A DNA stretch of 64,000 nucleotides from Malacoraja senta (Eukaryota): contig CM075999.1 of assembly GCA_038087875.1 (NCBI GenBank), forward strand, positions 1,738,001-1,802,000, read 5' to 3'. Under the pieces are notes generated by a model, which saw only the letters and a list, made by a program, of their open reading frames with translations, searched no databases and was not told where the DNA came from. Positions 1 to 12,215 of the stretch are shown piece after piece; the stretch's first letter is position 1, and each line of letters begins with the position of its first letter. A program made the translations under genes and the position numbers.

Positions 1-348
1 CATCAGATTAGATCAGGAGAATCTTTAAATAAAATGTCCAATGATTCTAATTTTACATGAGAAATGACTCTAAAATATGCAATTTTCAAATGGAGTGGAG
101 ACATACTGTGAAAGCAGATCTTCCCTGAAGCCATTGAGTTCTCAGTGGGATGATTACCATCTAATCTTTGAGTTTATGCGTGGGCCTTCCTATGAGACTG
201 CTAGAGAATGGGTTGGTGGAGACAGGGAGCTGCAATAGAGCCAGACACCAGCATTCTATCCTTTCAGGAACCATCGATACCTCTCTATTTCAGCAGCAAT
301 TACTGAAATCGGTCACTTGCAATGGAACAATGATGGCACAAGGGGGAA

Positions 349-650
349 GCACGGTGGCGTAACGGTAAACTTGCTGCCTTACAGCGCCAGAGGCCTGGGT
401 TCAATCCCGACTATGGGTGCTGTCTGTACGCAGTTTGTACGTTCTCCCCGTGATCACGTGGGTTTTCTCCAAGATCTTCGGTTTCCTCCCACACTCCAAA
501 GACGTCCAGGCTTGTAGGTTAACTGGCTTGGTGTGAATGTTAAAAAAATTGTCCCTCGTGTGTGTAGGATGGTGCAGGGGTTCACCGCTCGGCGCGGTCT
601 CAGTGGGCCGAGGGGCCTGTTTCCGCACTGTATCTCTAAACTAAACTAAA
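349..650 (+). mobile_element. tRNA-derived V-SINE (HE1-like), near full length
   Basis: A-box-like TGGCGTAACGG, B-box GGTTCAATCC, central domain GTTTGTACGTTCTCCCCGTG..GTTTCCTCCCACACTCCAAAGAC, CR1-like tail ending (CTAAA)n. Confidence 0.85.
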
Positions 651-844
651 TGAATATACGCAACACAGCGAGACACATCACGTTGAAACAAAGATCCTAA
701 TCTGGGCGAACACTCCAGTGCAGCATCAATGGAATCAGCCTTGTTGGCAGGGTTGTCCTTTGGAGGCCATTTAATAAAAGCAAAACCCCCTCTGACCTCT
801 CTGATGCATATTAAAGATCAACGACGTCACTTCAAAGAACACAA

Positions 845-1148
845 GGGTGGCACAGTGGCTCAGCAACTCAGCCGTGGAGTTGCTGCCTTACAGCGCCAGA
901 GCGCCAGAGTTTGATCCCAACTGCGGGTGCTGTCTGTGTGGAGTTTGTACATTCTCCCTGTGACCTTTTGAGTTTTCGCCAGGTGCTCTGGTTTCCTCCC
1001 ACACTCCAAATGCATGCAGATTTGTAGGTCAATTGGCTTCTCTAAATTGTCCCCAGTGTGTGGGGGGTTGTGCTAGTGTACGGGGTGTTCACTGGTCAAC
1101 GTGGACCTGGACCGAAGGGCCTGTAACTCTAAAGTCTGAAGTCTAAAC
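845..1148 (+). mobile_element. V-SINE copy
   Basis: Same head, central domain and tail as 349-650, more diverged. Confidence 0.8.
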
Positions 1149-1840
1149 AAAAACCTATAACATTTCCCTTCAACCAAACAGCAGATTTGCTCATTAACAC
1201 AACTGGTTGTGAGAACGTACTGTACACAAATCAGCCTCTGCATTTTCTTTATTGCTGGTGTGACCATACTTCACACGCCCATAAATGCTTGTTAGAGTTA
1301 CGAGGAGTTTGTAAAAGCTTCACTATAAACACGTCCTTTCTACTCATGGTAGTCATCCATGAGGTTGGAATCGTATCCTGTAATTGTAGATTAATCAGTG
1401 TAGAAGGGAAGGAATTCACCTTTCGTCCTGCCGCAGAAACACTAGGATCCTGATCCAGTGTTTGGGAAGTGTGTTTAATTGAGCAATTACTAACAAGGAG
1501 AAAACAGTTTTCCAAATTCATATAAATAACTCTCATAGCCCTTTAAATGGTGGAGATCCCTGGCACCAGCAAATGTAAGGTTGTCCTTTAAAACCACTCA
1601 CGATCACAGTTAAAAAGAGAAGGCCACTCAATTGATCCAAGAAACATACAATTCTCATGGAATATGTAGTTCTCACATCCGTCCTGCTGTTCTGGACCTC
1701 TGGCAAAAGGAAATATTAGAGTGGCCTTCGTTTCTGAAGTCCAACCACATTCACGTTCCCAAACCAAGGGGATTGGGAATCCTCTCCATCAGACACACAT
1801 GATTAAACAACTTCCTGTCATGTGACTAGTCCTTCCTGTC

Positions 1841-1842
<2 letters not shown>

Positions 1843-1874
<32 letters not shown>

Positions 1875-2068
1875 CTTTATTGATCCCCTCAGGGAAATTC
1901 AGATGTCCAGAAGCCCCCAACCAACAAGCCCACACATTCAAAACGAACGCAGACAGAAAATACATAAAATTCAACGCGGACACTACTTGAGAGCAATAAA
2001 TACTTAAAAAAACCAATAATTAACAATTTAAAAAAAAATGCAAAAGCGCATCCCCCTACAGCCTAGCG
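1843..2068 (-). mobile_element. Rex1/Babar-like LINE 3' end with (TTA)n tail
   Basis: Minus strand reads AATTTCCCTGAGGGGATCAATAAAGTATT then (ATT)n; flanked by duplicated GTCAT. Confidence 0.55.
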
Positions 2069-2318
2069 GTCATGTGACTAGTCTTTCCTGTCATGTGGCA
2101 AATCACTATTGCAACCATTTTCTTCTTAACACATTGACCAATACCCCACCAGTGGTTTTTAAACAAATTAAGTGGGATGTATAATATCACTATTTCAAAG
2201 TTCTTGCCATTTTCCACATCACGTTACAGTCCCTAATGCTAAACGAAAGTGAAAATATTTGCCATCAACATTATTCACTTCAACACATTGAAGTAAAAGG
2301 AGATTTAAGGCAAATAAT

Positions 2319-2872
2319 TTTTTTTTTTTTTTTTTTTAATTTTTATTTATTAGAAGTACATTACATCACAGCCACATACATTAATACTCGTCATTTATAT
2401 CTTCTTACAATTAATGTACTCCCTTTATTTTTTTTTTTTACGCTAAAGAAAGAAAAGATTGAAAGAGAGAAGAAAGTGAAGGAAAAAGTGCAAGTGTAGA
2501 AAAGTGTAGAAAATGTAACAACAAAAAAAAAAAAAGGACGAGGACCCTATGAAAGCGAAATTAAAAACAAAAAAAAAAAAGAGTTAAGAAATAGGCCCTA
2601 AGAAAAGAAAAGAGAGAGAGAAAAAAAGAAAAACAAATGGTTTTTTTTTGAGCATCACGTAAATAGGACATACCAACTCTTCAACTATCATCCCCCCTTA
2701 CCCGACCTCAATTTTTTATTTTTTTAAAGTACTTTTGCACCCTATGTTTGTAATAATTCTATAAATGCAGACCACGTCAGGTGGAAGTGATCTGGTTTAC
2801 CTGCTAGGAGGAGTCTTATCTCTTCAAGGTGTAGTGTTTCAAACATATTTGAAATCCACATATTTATAGTTG
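2319..2872 (-). mobile_element. L1-clade LINE 3' fragment (ORF2 C-terminus, 3'UTR, polyA)
   Basis: Peptide MWISNMFETLHLEEIRLLLAGKPDHFHLTWSAFIELLQT resembles fish-type L1 ORF2 end; T-rich UTR, AATAAA and polyA on minus strand. Confidence 0.7.
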
Positions 2873-3006
2873 AGTATAGAAGAGCAGAGAACCGATCACA
2901 CAGGCTTGAGGACAAAAATAGAAAGGCCACAAATAAAATCAAGAAACAGTCCCGTGGACTCTAGTGCCGTCATCAGTCTAAACCTCCTCTCACTCTCCTC
3001 CACTTA

Positions 3007-3324
3007 TTTAGTCTTTAGACATTAGAGCTAGAGATACAGCACGGAAACAGTCCCTTCGGCCCACCGAGTCCGTGATGACCAGCGACCCCCCCTTACACTA
3101 GTGTTATCCTACACACAGCAGGGATAATTTACAATTTTACCGAAGTCACTGATCCGACAAAGCTGAACGTCTTTGGAGTGTGGGAGGAAACCGGAGCACC
3201 CGGAGAAAACCCAGGTGGTTACGGGGAGAACGTACAAACTCCGTACAGACAGCACCAATAGTCAGGATCAAACCCACGTCTCTGGCGCTGTAAGGCAGCA
3301 ACTCTACCGCTGCGTCACCGTGCT
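3007..3324 (-). mobile_element. V-SINE copy
   Basis: Reverse complement of the SINE family. Confidence 0.85.
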
Positions 3325-4091
3325 CCCCCATTTATGTTAACTCTCCAGTTTATCCTTATCTTTGGCATGAGGTCTGCCTTTCTCCAAACCCACCTCTCTG
3401 ACATGCTTTGGTGAGTGGGGGGGGGGGGGGGCTCCTCACTGAGTTGGAAAAGGAACAGAGCAAAGTGGAAGTTGCTATAGACGGCTGTGGAGGCAGAGTC
3501 AATGGATATTTTAAAACAGAGATTGATAGATTCTTGATTAGCATGGGTGTCGGGAGTTATGTGGAGAAGGCAGGAGAGGGAAAGATAGATCAGCCATGAT
3601 TGTATGGTGGAGTAGACTTGATGGGCCTCATGGCTCAATTCTGCTCCAATAACTTATGAACTTATGAAATACATGGGGCTGAAGCAGGTGCCACCTGAAG
3701 AGATGAAGACCTGATCAGTAGGGATCACCCTTGACTTAGAAAATTGTGGATCTAACAGACACTTACTCGTTAAATCCTGAGGATGCTTCAGGTAGCTGAT
3801 GGTGTGCTGTACACTTGGAGGTGTCACCTTTCTCTTGACACATTTTATCCCACTCAGGCAGAAGATCCTGTCCAACTATTTTGAAGAAGAATGGACAAGG
3901 TTCCATGGTATCCACATCAGTGTATATCATCCAACCAACAGATAACACGGTCATTGTTGCACTGAAGAGCCCGAGGAGATTGCTGGGGAGTGGGGACTTA
4001 TGTATTTCCCAATTAGTATCTCAGCCGCTCAGGTAGCATCTCTGGAGGACATGGATAGCAATGTTTCAAAGGTCGGGACCCTTACAGATTT

Positions 4092-4280
4092 ACCAAGTCA
4101 ATTAGCCTACAAACCTGTACGTCTTTGGAGTGTGGGAGGAAACCAGAGCTCCCAGGGAAAATACACGCAGGTCACGGGGAGAACGTACAAACTCCGTGCA
4201 GACAGCACCCGTAGTCAGGATCGATCCTGGGTCTCTGGTGCTGTGAGGCAGCAGTTCCACCGCTGCGTCACTGTGCCGCA
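4092..4280 (-). mobile_element. V-SINE 5' half
   Basis: tRNA-like head plus central domain on minus strand. Confidence 0.8.
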
Positions 4281-4390
4281 CTATGCTGATGAAACAGTCC
4301 GCAATCATCTGGGCAATCGTTTAATTCCTCAACATTTGTCGGGCCATGACACCATAACATGCCTATTGACTAAAAATGACTGTCAAGTAA

Positions 4391-4706
4391 AGGCCCTGTC
4401 CCACTGTACGAGTTCATTCAAGAGCTCTGCCGAGTTTAAAAAAAAATCAAACTCGTGGTAAGCGCGTAGAATGTACGTAGCGGGTACGTCGGAGCTCGGG
4501 GACGTCTCTTAGCGGCTCGTAACGGTAACGGCAGGTACTCACGAAACGCGGTAAGCTCGGGAAGACTGGTGAAGATTTTTCAACGTTGAAAAATGTCCAC
4601 GAGAGCCCCGAGTACCTACGAGCGGCCATTACCGTAAATCTCCGAGTTCGAATCAGGGCAAACTCGGGAGAACTCTTGAATTAGCTCGTACAGTGGGACA
4701 GCCCCT
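4391..4706. mobile_element. PIF/Harbinger-type MITE, family A
   Basis: TIR AGGCCCTGTCCCACTGTACGAG / CTCGTACAGTGGGACAGCCCCT; TAA on both sides (4388-4390, 4707-4709). Confidence 0.8.
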
Positions 4707-4715
4707 TAAGTGGAA

Positions 4716-4906
4716 AATAGACAAAAATGCTGGAGAATCTCAGCGGGTGAGGCAGCGTCTATGGAGCGAAGGAATAGGTGACGTTCTCCAGCATTTTTGT
4801 CGCGTCACCTATTCCTTCGCTCCATAGATGCTGACTCACCCGCTGAGTTTCTCCAGCATTTTTGTCTACCTTCGATTTTTCCAGCATCTGCAGTTCTTTC
4901 TTAAAC
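4716..4906. mobile_element. Penelope-like pLTR fragment, inverted-repeat form
   Basis: AAAATGCTGGAGAATCTCAGCGGG followed by its reverse complement and the tail TTCGATTTTTCCAGCATCTGCAGTTCTTTCTTAAAC. Confidence 0.7.
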
Positions 4907-5152
4907 TGCCGGAAGGGAGAGTGGACGCTGGCGCGTTTTAACAGCCGCTGCTCTCTCTTTCATATTGTGTTTTTGATTTTTGTTTTCGGATTGAATTCTG
5001 TCTTTAATTTGTGTACTGGTGATGTCTTTACTATTTATTTCATTCCGCTTACATGTCTTTACACTATTTGTTAAATTTTGTAAGGTGTCCTTGAGACTCT
5101 TGAAAGGCGCCCATAAATAAAATGTATTATTATTATTATTATTATTATTATT
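4907..5152 (+). mobile_element. L2-like LINE 3' end with (TAT)n tail
   Basis: TGTAAGGTGTCCTTGAGACTCTTGAAAGGCGCCCATAAATAAAATG(TAT)n; near-identical copy at 52885-53107. Confidence 0.65.
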
Positions 5153-6119
5153 AAACAACACTTCAAGTAAGTGGAAGTGGGGAAAACTGATTCCTTGAGC
5201 CCAGGGAAGATTTTGAAAACAGGCTTCTGACATTTTAAAATATTTTTTCGGTAAATGGTTATCTAATGTTCAGTTGCATAAAAGTTTCCTACAGCAAAGC
5301 AGGAAAGATGCCAGGAGGCTGGGATATAAACTCGGATAAACATCCGAGCCAACCCAAGCTTTGTCACGTTATACACTAGGGAGTGTTCACCTCTCAGAAG
5401 GCAGCACGACATCCGTGTGAACTCCGCACACCTTGTGGGATGGATGAGATCAATGCCAACGGGAACCAAGAGGTCCCTTGCAGAAAGCTCCTGTCTTACG
5501 TGGTGGATGAAGAGGAGGTTGTCCTCATGTATTCATTCCTGAGACCCGAGTCTTCCTAGCAGCGTCAGCATGACTAATTACCACAGAGTATGTGGTGGCT
5601 TGCCACCATCTTGAACTACACGTGAAGGCTTGGTACAATTGCCAGACCAGTTCAAAGCACGGTTGAAAGTCAACCACATTGCTGTGGTCACATATAGGAC
5701 TGGCCCGGAGAATGGGAGGTCCTTCCTTGGGAAATATAAGTGAACCAGGAAGGCAAACATGGTTATTTGTACCAGTGCACTCTCAGGAAAAATGTAGCCA
5801 TCTCCTCTTCTCATTTGAGCTTGAGTTTGAGTTTAGTGTGTTGTCACGTGTACCAAGGTCTTTGGTCAGAGGGTGGGGAATCGGTGGAATTCATTGCCAC
5901 AGATGGCTGTGGAGGCCAAGTCAATGGATAGTTTCAAGATGGAGATTGATAGATTCTTGATTAGTTAGGGTGTCAGGGGTTATGGGATGAACGCAGGGGG
6001 ATGGGGTTGAGAGGGGAAGATAGATCAGCCATGAACTCTAAAGTTTCAAAACTGTGTCTCTAAAGTTTAAAAACTAAAACTAATAAAGTGAGGTGTCAAG
6101 TGCCCAGATTTCTAAAAGA

Positions 6120-6505
6120 GTTATAGAGACTAACAGCGTGGAAACAGGCCCTTTGGCCCAACTTGCCCACACCGGCCAGAATGTCCCATCTACACAAGTA
6201 CTACCTGCCAGCATTTGGTCCATATGCCTCTAAACCTGTCCTATCAGGTGTACCTGTCCAAATGTTTCTTAAACATTGCGATAGTACTTGCTTCAACTAC
6301 CTTCTCTGGCAACTCGTTCCATACACCCAACGTTACCCCTCAGGTTCCTATTAAATCTTTTCCCCCTTACCTTAAACCTATGTCCTCTGGTTCTCGATGC
6401 CCCTAATCTGGGCAAGAGATTCCGTGTGTCTACCTGATCTATTCCTCTCATGATTTTGTACACCGCTTTAAGATCACCCCTCATCCTCCTGCACTCCAAG
6501 GAATA
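6120..6505 (-). mobile_element. CR1 LINE 3' fragment
   Basis: Peptide RRMRGDLKAVYKIMRGIDQVD..RTRGHRFKVRGKRFNRNLRGN. Confidence 0.8.
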
Positions 6506-6524
6506 GAAGATTTTTTAGTGCAGT

Positions 6525-6812
6525 TGAGAAATACAGCGTGGAATCAGGCCCTTCGGCCCACCGAGTCCGTGCTGTCCAGGGATCTCTACACACCAACATT
6601 ATCTTACACACTGGAGACATTTTACACTTATACCAAGCCACATAACCTACAAACCTGTACGTCCGTGGAGTGTTGGAGGAAACCAGAGACCCCGGAGAAA
6701 ACCCACGCTGGGAGGATGTACAATCGCTGTGCAACACAGCACCTGTAGTCAGGATGGAAGTCGGGTCTCTGGCGTGTGAGGCAGCGACGATATCGCTGAG
6801 CTACCGTGCCGC
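6525..6812 (-). mobile_element. V-SINE copy
   Basis: Reverse complement of the SINE family. Confidence 0.8.
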
Positions 6813-7258
6813 CCGAAGATTATTTAAAAAAGTTGATGGTGTGGACAGTCACAACTGATTCCTTTGGCAGGAGAAATCCAGAAAGAAATTCATCTACCTC
6901 GTGTCCGTCCCGTATGGCGAACTCACTGCATACAAGCCAAGTAGTGAACAAGGATGCTGTTTCACCATTCAAGTGACAGCTCTTTGAAAGAGGCATCCAA
7001 CTGATCCCCTTGGTCATTCCCCAAAGACTTGCTAATTTAAAATACTTTTCAAATATTTATTTAATTTGGGGAATTGGGATTAATGTGTGTCCACATGCCC
7101 CTTCAAGCAATGCAAAACAAATTACGGTGGAAGACAATATTCCCTTTCTCCCTTCCCTGATATGATGAATACTCTTTGTGTGAAGAAATCTTTCAGCACT
7201 GTGAAATTCTGTTAGCAAAAGGCTGGAATTTGCTAAATATTTAATACCCTTGGGCCGT

Positions 7259-7541
7259 GGGCGGCACGGTGGCGCAGTGGTAGAGTTGCTGCCTCACAGC
7301 ACCAGAGACCCGGTGACTACGGGTGCTTGTCTGTACGGAGTTTGCACGTTCTCCCCGTGACCTGCGTGGGTGTGCTCCGATTTCCTCCCACACTCCAAAG
7401 ACGTACAGGTTTGTAGGTTCATTGGCTGGGCATAAATGTAAAATTGGCCCCAGTGTGTGTAGTAGGATAGTGTTAATGTGCGGGGATCGCAGGTCGATGG
7501 GCCTGTTTCCGCACGGTATCTCTAAACTAAACTCAACTAAA
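7259..7541 (+). mobile_element. V-SINE copy
   Basis: GGCACGGTGGCGCAGTGG head, central domain, CTAAA tail. Confidence 0.85.
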
Positions 7542-7554
7542 TATAGAGTCATGC

Positions 7555-7900
7555 GTAGGAAGGAACTGTAGATGCTGGTTTAAACCAAAGATAGACACAA
7601 AAAGCTGGAGTAACTCAGCGGGTCATTCAGCATCTCTGGAGAAAAGGAATAGGTGACGTTTTGGGTCAAGACCCTTCTTCAGACTGAGAGTCAGGGAAAG
7701 GGAAACAAGAGATATAGACGGTGATATAAAGAGAGATGGGACAAATAAAATAAAGATTTGCAAAAAAGTAACAATGGGAACAGGCCATTGTTTCCTGTGG
7801 CCTTGGTGCAAACGAGTTGCAGACAATGAGACTCAATAAGACGGCTTTGGGTGACTTGGGTGGGGGAGGGGTGGAGAGAGAGGGAATGCAAGGGTTACTT
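7555..7900 (-). mobile_element. Penelope-like 3'UTR/pLTR fragment
   Basis: pLTR motif plus the same UTR that follows the endonuclease stop codon at 55681-55700. Confidence 0.7.
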
Positions 7901-8330
7901 CTCTAGGTTTAAAAAAATCTCTAAATATAGAGTCAGCCAGTTATGATGAATGCCAAGTATTCATGGACCTGCTTCATTCAATGATGTTGCCACTTTGACT
8001 CCGAGAGATTTTCAGATATGGAGCCTGCTGTGTTTGGCCTCGCAAGCTGTCATTTTACGTCGAGGAAACTGTTATCTAACACTCAGCCGATAAAGCTTTT
8101 CTCCAGACACCCGGGCAGGCTGCCAGAGAATTTGTGTGGAATTAAATTTGATCTATTAGCTTTCAAAACAAAACTCGGCAGCTCCAGCAGAAAGAATGAC
8201 AGGGAAGGAAACGTGGCGATGGGACATTGTATGGAAGATGTCCCTAATGGTGCTTTGACAACCATGACCAGGGTGAAATGGATTCAAAGTGCTGGAGTAA
8301 CTCAGCAGGTCAGGCAGCATCTCTAGAGAA

Positions 8331-8463
8331 GGTACACAAAAGTGCTGGAGAAACTCAGCGGGTGCAGCAGCATCTATGGAGCGAAGGAAACAGGCAACGT
8401 TTCGGCCCGAAACGTTGCCTGTTTACCTTCGATTTTCCAGCATCTGCAGTTCCTTCTTTAACA
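8331..8463. mobile_element. Penelope inverted-pLTR insertion with 16-bp TSD
   Basis: CAGCATCTCTAGAGAA at 8315-8330 and 8464-8479; starts GGTACACAAAA, ends CCTTCTTTAACA; nested in another pLTR. Confidence 0.75.
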
Positions 8464-8983
8464 CAGCATCTCTAGAGAACATGGACAGGCGATGTTTAGG
8501 GTCGAGACCCTTCTTCAGACCTTTCCCGACCTGAAACATTGTCTATCCATGTTCTCCAGAGATGCTGAAACAAATAACTGCAGATGCTGGATAATACACA
8601 AAAGGGCACAAAGTGCTGGAGTAACTAAGCAGGCCAGGCAGCAACTCCAGAGGACATGGATAGGTGACGTTTAGGGTCGAAACAGCCATGTTTTCCAGAG
8701 ATGCTGTCTGACCCGCTGAGTTACTCCAGCACTTTGTGTCTTTTTTTTGTAAACCTGTATCTGCAGTTTCTTGTGTCTGCAGCTTTTAGTTGTAGACACG
8801 TTTGGACCACAGAGTCCACGCCGACCAGCGATCTGCGCACATTAACACCACCCTACACACACAAGGGACAATTTCCAATTATACCAAGCCAATTACCCTG
8901 CGTATTTACGTCTGTACGTCCTTGTAATGTTGAGGTATTGTACCAAAAAGATCCCTTTTATAAAGATCTACTTCTTCTTCTTA

Positions 8984-9241
8984 AGGGCCTGTCCCTCTTT
9001 CACGACCTAATTCATGACCTTTTTTACTCGTGGACATTTTTCATCATGTTGAAAAAACGCCCCGACCTACTTGATGCCACGAGTACCTACGGCTAGCATC
9101 ATGACCTGCTACGACCTACCTACGACCTCCTACGACCTACCTACGACCTGCTACGACCTCGTGACGACCATGCTGCGAGTATGAGTTAAGGGCAAACCCA
9201 GCAGAGGTCGTGAATTAGGTTGTGAAAGTGGGACAGGCCCT
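8984..9241. mobile_element. PIF/Harbinger-type MITE, family B
   Basis: AGGGCCTGTCCCTCTTTCAC / GTGAAAGTGGGACAGGCCCT; TTA TSD (8981-8983, 9242-9244); internal CTACGAC repeats. Confidence 0.8.
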
Positions 9242-9358
9242 TTATCGAGTCATCACACAAGATTATAAGTTGTTCAGCCAGAGCTGAACACACTTCTCAT
9301 CATCTGCATACAATGGTGTCTGTCATGTTGCTTCTTGTCGCTTCTTGTGCGTGGTGGT

Positions 9359-9410
9359 GGAAAGATTGGTGGAAACAGGGCCGCCACGTGAACGCTCTTT
9401 CCTTGACCCC
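9359..9410 (-). ncRNA. Minimal HDV-like (CPEB3-type) ribozyme, predicted
   Basis: GGGGUC-AA-GGAAAGA-GCG-UUCACGU-GGC-GGCCCU-G-UUUCCA-CCAA-UCUUUCC: P1 6 bp with G1-U wobble, P2 7 bp perfect, P3 2 bp plus G-G, CNAA J4/2, no P4. Confidence 0.7.
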
Positions 9411-9670
9411 TACGATCTACTCGAATATTGGCTGTTCTGCCTGGAAGAAAGATCTGTGTGAGCTTGACTACTAATCAGAGAGATTCCTTTGCCAGTAGTT
9501 AAGGAGTAAATGTGGAGCTCGTGGGAAAGGAATGTGTCCACGACGACAGACATTTTGAACCAGTTTGTGGTTTTTTAGGCTCTTTCACAACCTCCCTACT
9601 TCCAAAAATGGATGAATATAATTCATCAGTATGGCATGAATTTAGTTGGGTGGGCATTTCATCAACAAGA

Positions 9671-9978
9671 GCGGCACGGTGGCGTTGCGGTAGAGTTGCC
9701 ACCTTACAGCGCCAGAGACCCTAGTTCGATCCTGACTATGGATGCTGTCTATATGGAATCTGTACATTTTCTCCGTGACCTGTGTGGGTTTTCTCTGGGT
9801 GCTCCGGATTCCTCCCACACTCCAAAGACGTGCAGGCTTGCAGGTTTACTGGCTTGGTAAAATTGTAAATTGTCCCAAGTGTATGTAGGATATTGTTAGT
9901 GTGTGGGGATTGGTGGTCGGTCGCGGACTCGGTGGGCCGAATGGCATGTTTCCGTGTTTTATTCAAAACGAAACTAAA
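9671..9978 (+). mobile_element. V-SINE copy
   Basis: Head, central domain and tail present. Confidence 0.85.
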
Positions 9979-11317
9979 GTGAGTAAGATAGGATTAAAGT
10001 CATGCGTGATGTTTTACCGTGCATGCATGGACTGAGGAATCAGGTTAATGGCGGTGGGGAGGATTGATGCTGGTGAGCATGTTGTGGGCTCACTACCCAC
10101 TCCCTCTGGAGGTTCAGAGGTCGGCTGCAGGAGGTGACCAGTACATGGAGGCTGAGCGGTGGCTGTGTGAGGCGAGGGGACGGTGGGTCAAGGTATTGGC
10201 GGTGCAGGCCACTGGAGGCCTTGCAGCAGCCTAGGCATCGCGTGGATCGGACGCGGCACGGAGCGGCGGAGCAGCAGTGGAGGACATTGACAGCATCTCC
10301 AGGCCAGGCCGACCTCTGCAACGCCGGCCCAATGCCTCCGCCAAGACAATGGGCCTTTAAGCCCCAGATAAAACTATACTTTTAAGAACTTGAGACTTGA
10401 AGGCCATTAGGTGGCGCCAGATACATGGCAACTCTGTGTACTGCCACGGTGAAATCTACTATTCTTACTTTTGGCCATCACTTGGGTAGCGGTAGAGTTG
10501 CTGCCTTACAGCGCCAGGGACCTGGGTCTGATCCTAACTACGGGTGCTGTCTGTATGGAGCTTTTACATTCTCCCTTGCTAATAATGATCTATTCTACAT
10601 TTTCCTTGATCTCCATCCCCTTTGTTGTCTCGTTCTCACACCTTACACATGCTTACCTCTATCTCCCCCTCTCCTGAATCTCAGTCGGTAGAAGGGTCAC
10701 GACCCGAAATGTCACCCATTCCTTCTCTCCAGAGATGCTGCCTGTCCCTCTGAGTTACTCCAGCATTTTGCGTCTATCTTCGGTTTAAACCAGCATCTGC
10801 AGTTTCTTCCTACACATAAAGGATCTAATACTTACTTCACTTCATTGAAGTTGTTGCTCTCCATTCAAATGGATGAACTTTCTGTCCCTGCACCAGATCA
10901 AACAGATACCGGTTCAGTGGGTGCCAAGGCTGCTTTGATTCATTCGTTTTTCCAAAAAAGATGATTGAGGACTAATTACCCAAGATTAATCGATGAAAGT
11001 GATTACATTTCTAAACTCTCTTCTCCAAGGCTTGTACTTTAGACTTTAGAGATACAGTGTGGAAGCAGCCCCTTCGGAAAGCCAAGCGGTCACAGGGAGA
11101 ACAAGCAAACTCCACACAGACAGCATCCGAGGTCAGGATCAAACCTGGGTCTCTGACGCTGTGAGGCTGCAGCTTAATCAACTCTGCCACTGTGCCGCCT
11201 GCATCTTTGCATGTTTTCACACTTTGCACGATTTCAAGCCTGCAGAATTTGCTCCCAAATGCTAGAAGCTTCAACTCTGCACACTGCTTGTGGTGGTAGC
11301 ACATTGTTAACCTCAAG

Positions 11318-11822
11318 GAAAGAGAGTGCAGAGAAGGTTCACCAGACTGATTCCTGGGATGTCAGGACTGCCTTATGAAGAAAGACTGGATAGACTTGGT
11401 TTATACTCTCTAGAATTTAGGAGATTGAGAGGGGATCTTATAGAAACTTACAAAATTCTTAAGGGGTTGGACAGGCTAGATGCAGGAAGATTGCTCCCGA
11501 TGTTGGGGAAGTCCAGGACAAGGGGTCACAGCTTAAGGATAAGGGGGAAATCCTTTAAAACCAAGATGAGAAGAACTTTTTTCACACAGAGAGTGGTGAA
11601 TCTCTGGAACTCTCTGCCACAGAGGGTAGTCGAGGCCAGTTCATTGGCTATATTTAAGAGGGAGTTAGATGTGGCCCTTGTGGCTAATGGGATCAGAGGG
11701 TATGGAGAGAAGGCAGGTACGGGATACTGAGTTGGATGATCAGCCATGATCATATTGAATGGCGGTGCAGGCTCGAAGGGCCGAATGGCCTACTCCTGCA
11801 CCTAATTTCTATGTTTCTATGA
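11318..11822 (+). mobile_element. CR1 LINE 3' end (ORF2 C-terminus and UTR)
   Basis: ORF 11326-11730 [56 protein letters not shown]; tail TTTCTATG repeats. Confidence 0.9.
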
Positions 11823-12215
11823 AAGGCTGATCAATTGGCTGTTTGCACTGATTAGTTTTAATGTAAGGGGCATTGGACACTGCCCAATCCATCACATGTA
11901 CTGACCTTCCCACCATCGAAGGGATCTATAGGAGGCACTGCCTCAAAAGGGTAGACAGCATCACCAAAGACCCATACCATGCTGGCAATGCTCATTTCAT
12001 TCCTACCACCAGGACGAAGGTGTAGGAGTGTGAAAATCGTGACCTGTTTGTGAACTGTATCTTCCCAATAACCATCAGGGTCTTAAACAGTCCAAAACTA
12101 AGTAAACTATGAACTATCTTGGTTGCACTAAGGACTTTGGGGTTTTTTCTCACCAATATTGGGGTTTTTGATTTGTTTAATTTTTTTTGTTTATTTATGT
12201 TATCTTTAAAGAGGT

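Larger units (their letters stand above)
8972..9410 (-). mobile_element. Ribozyme-headed short retroelement, family 2 (tail interrupted by a MITE)
   Basis: Minus strand: HDV-like fold at 5' end, hairpin TGTTCAGC-TCTG-GCTGAACA, tail TAAGAAGAAGAAG; GATCTACT on both flanks. Confidence 0.7.

Noticed and set aside
349..420. tRNA genes
   Set aside because: A/B-box sequences are SINE heads that run into the central domain; no complete cloverleaf.
3767..3875. Possible minus-strand exon (pyrimidine tract-AG ... GTAAG, two open frames)
   Set aside because: Neither peptide is recognisable and no partner exons were found; splice-like motifs arise by chance. Needs RNA-seq.
5590..5765. Possible old Deu-domain SINE remnant
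   Set aside because: Only patchy resemblance from memory; too degraded to support.
6871..6987. Possible terminal exon EKSRKKFIYLVSVPYGELTAYK..
   Set aside because: Weak acceptor and no recognisable protein family.
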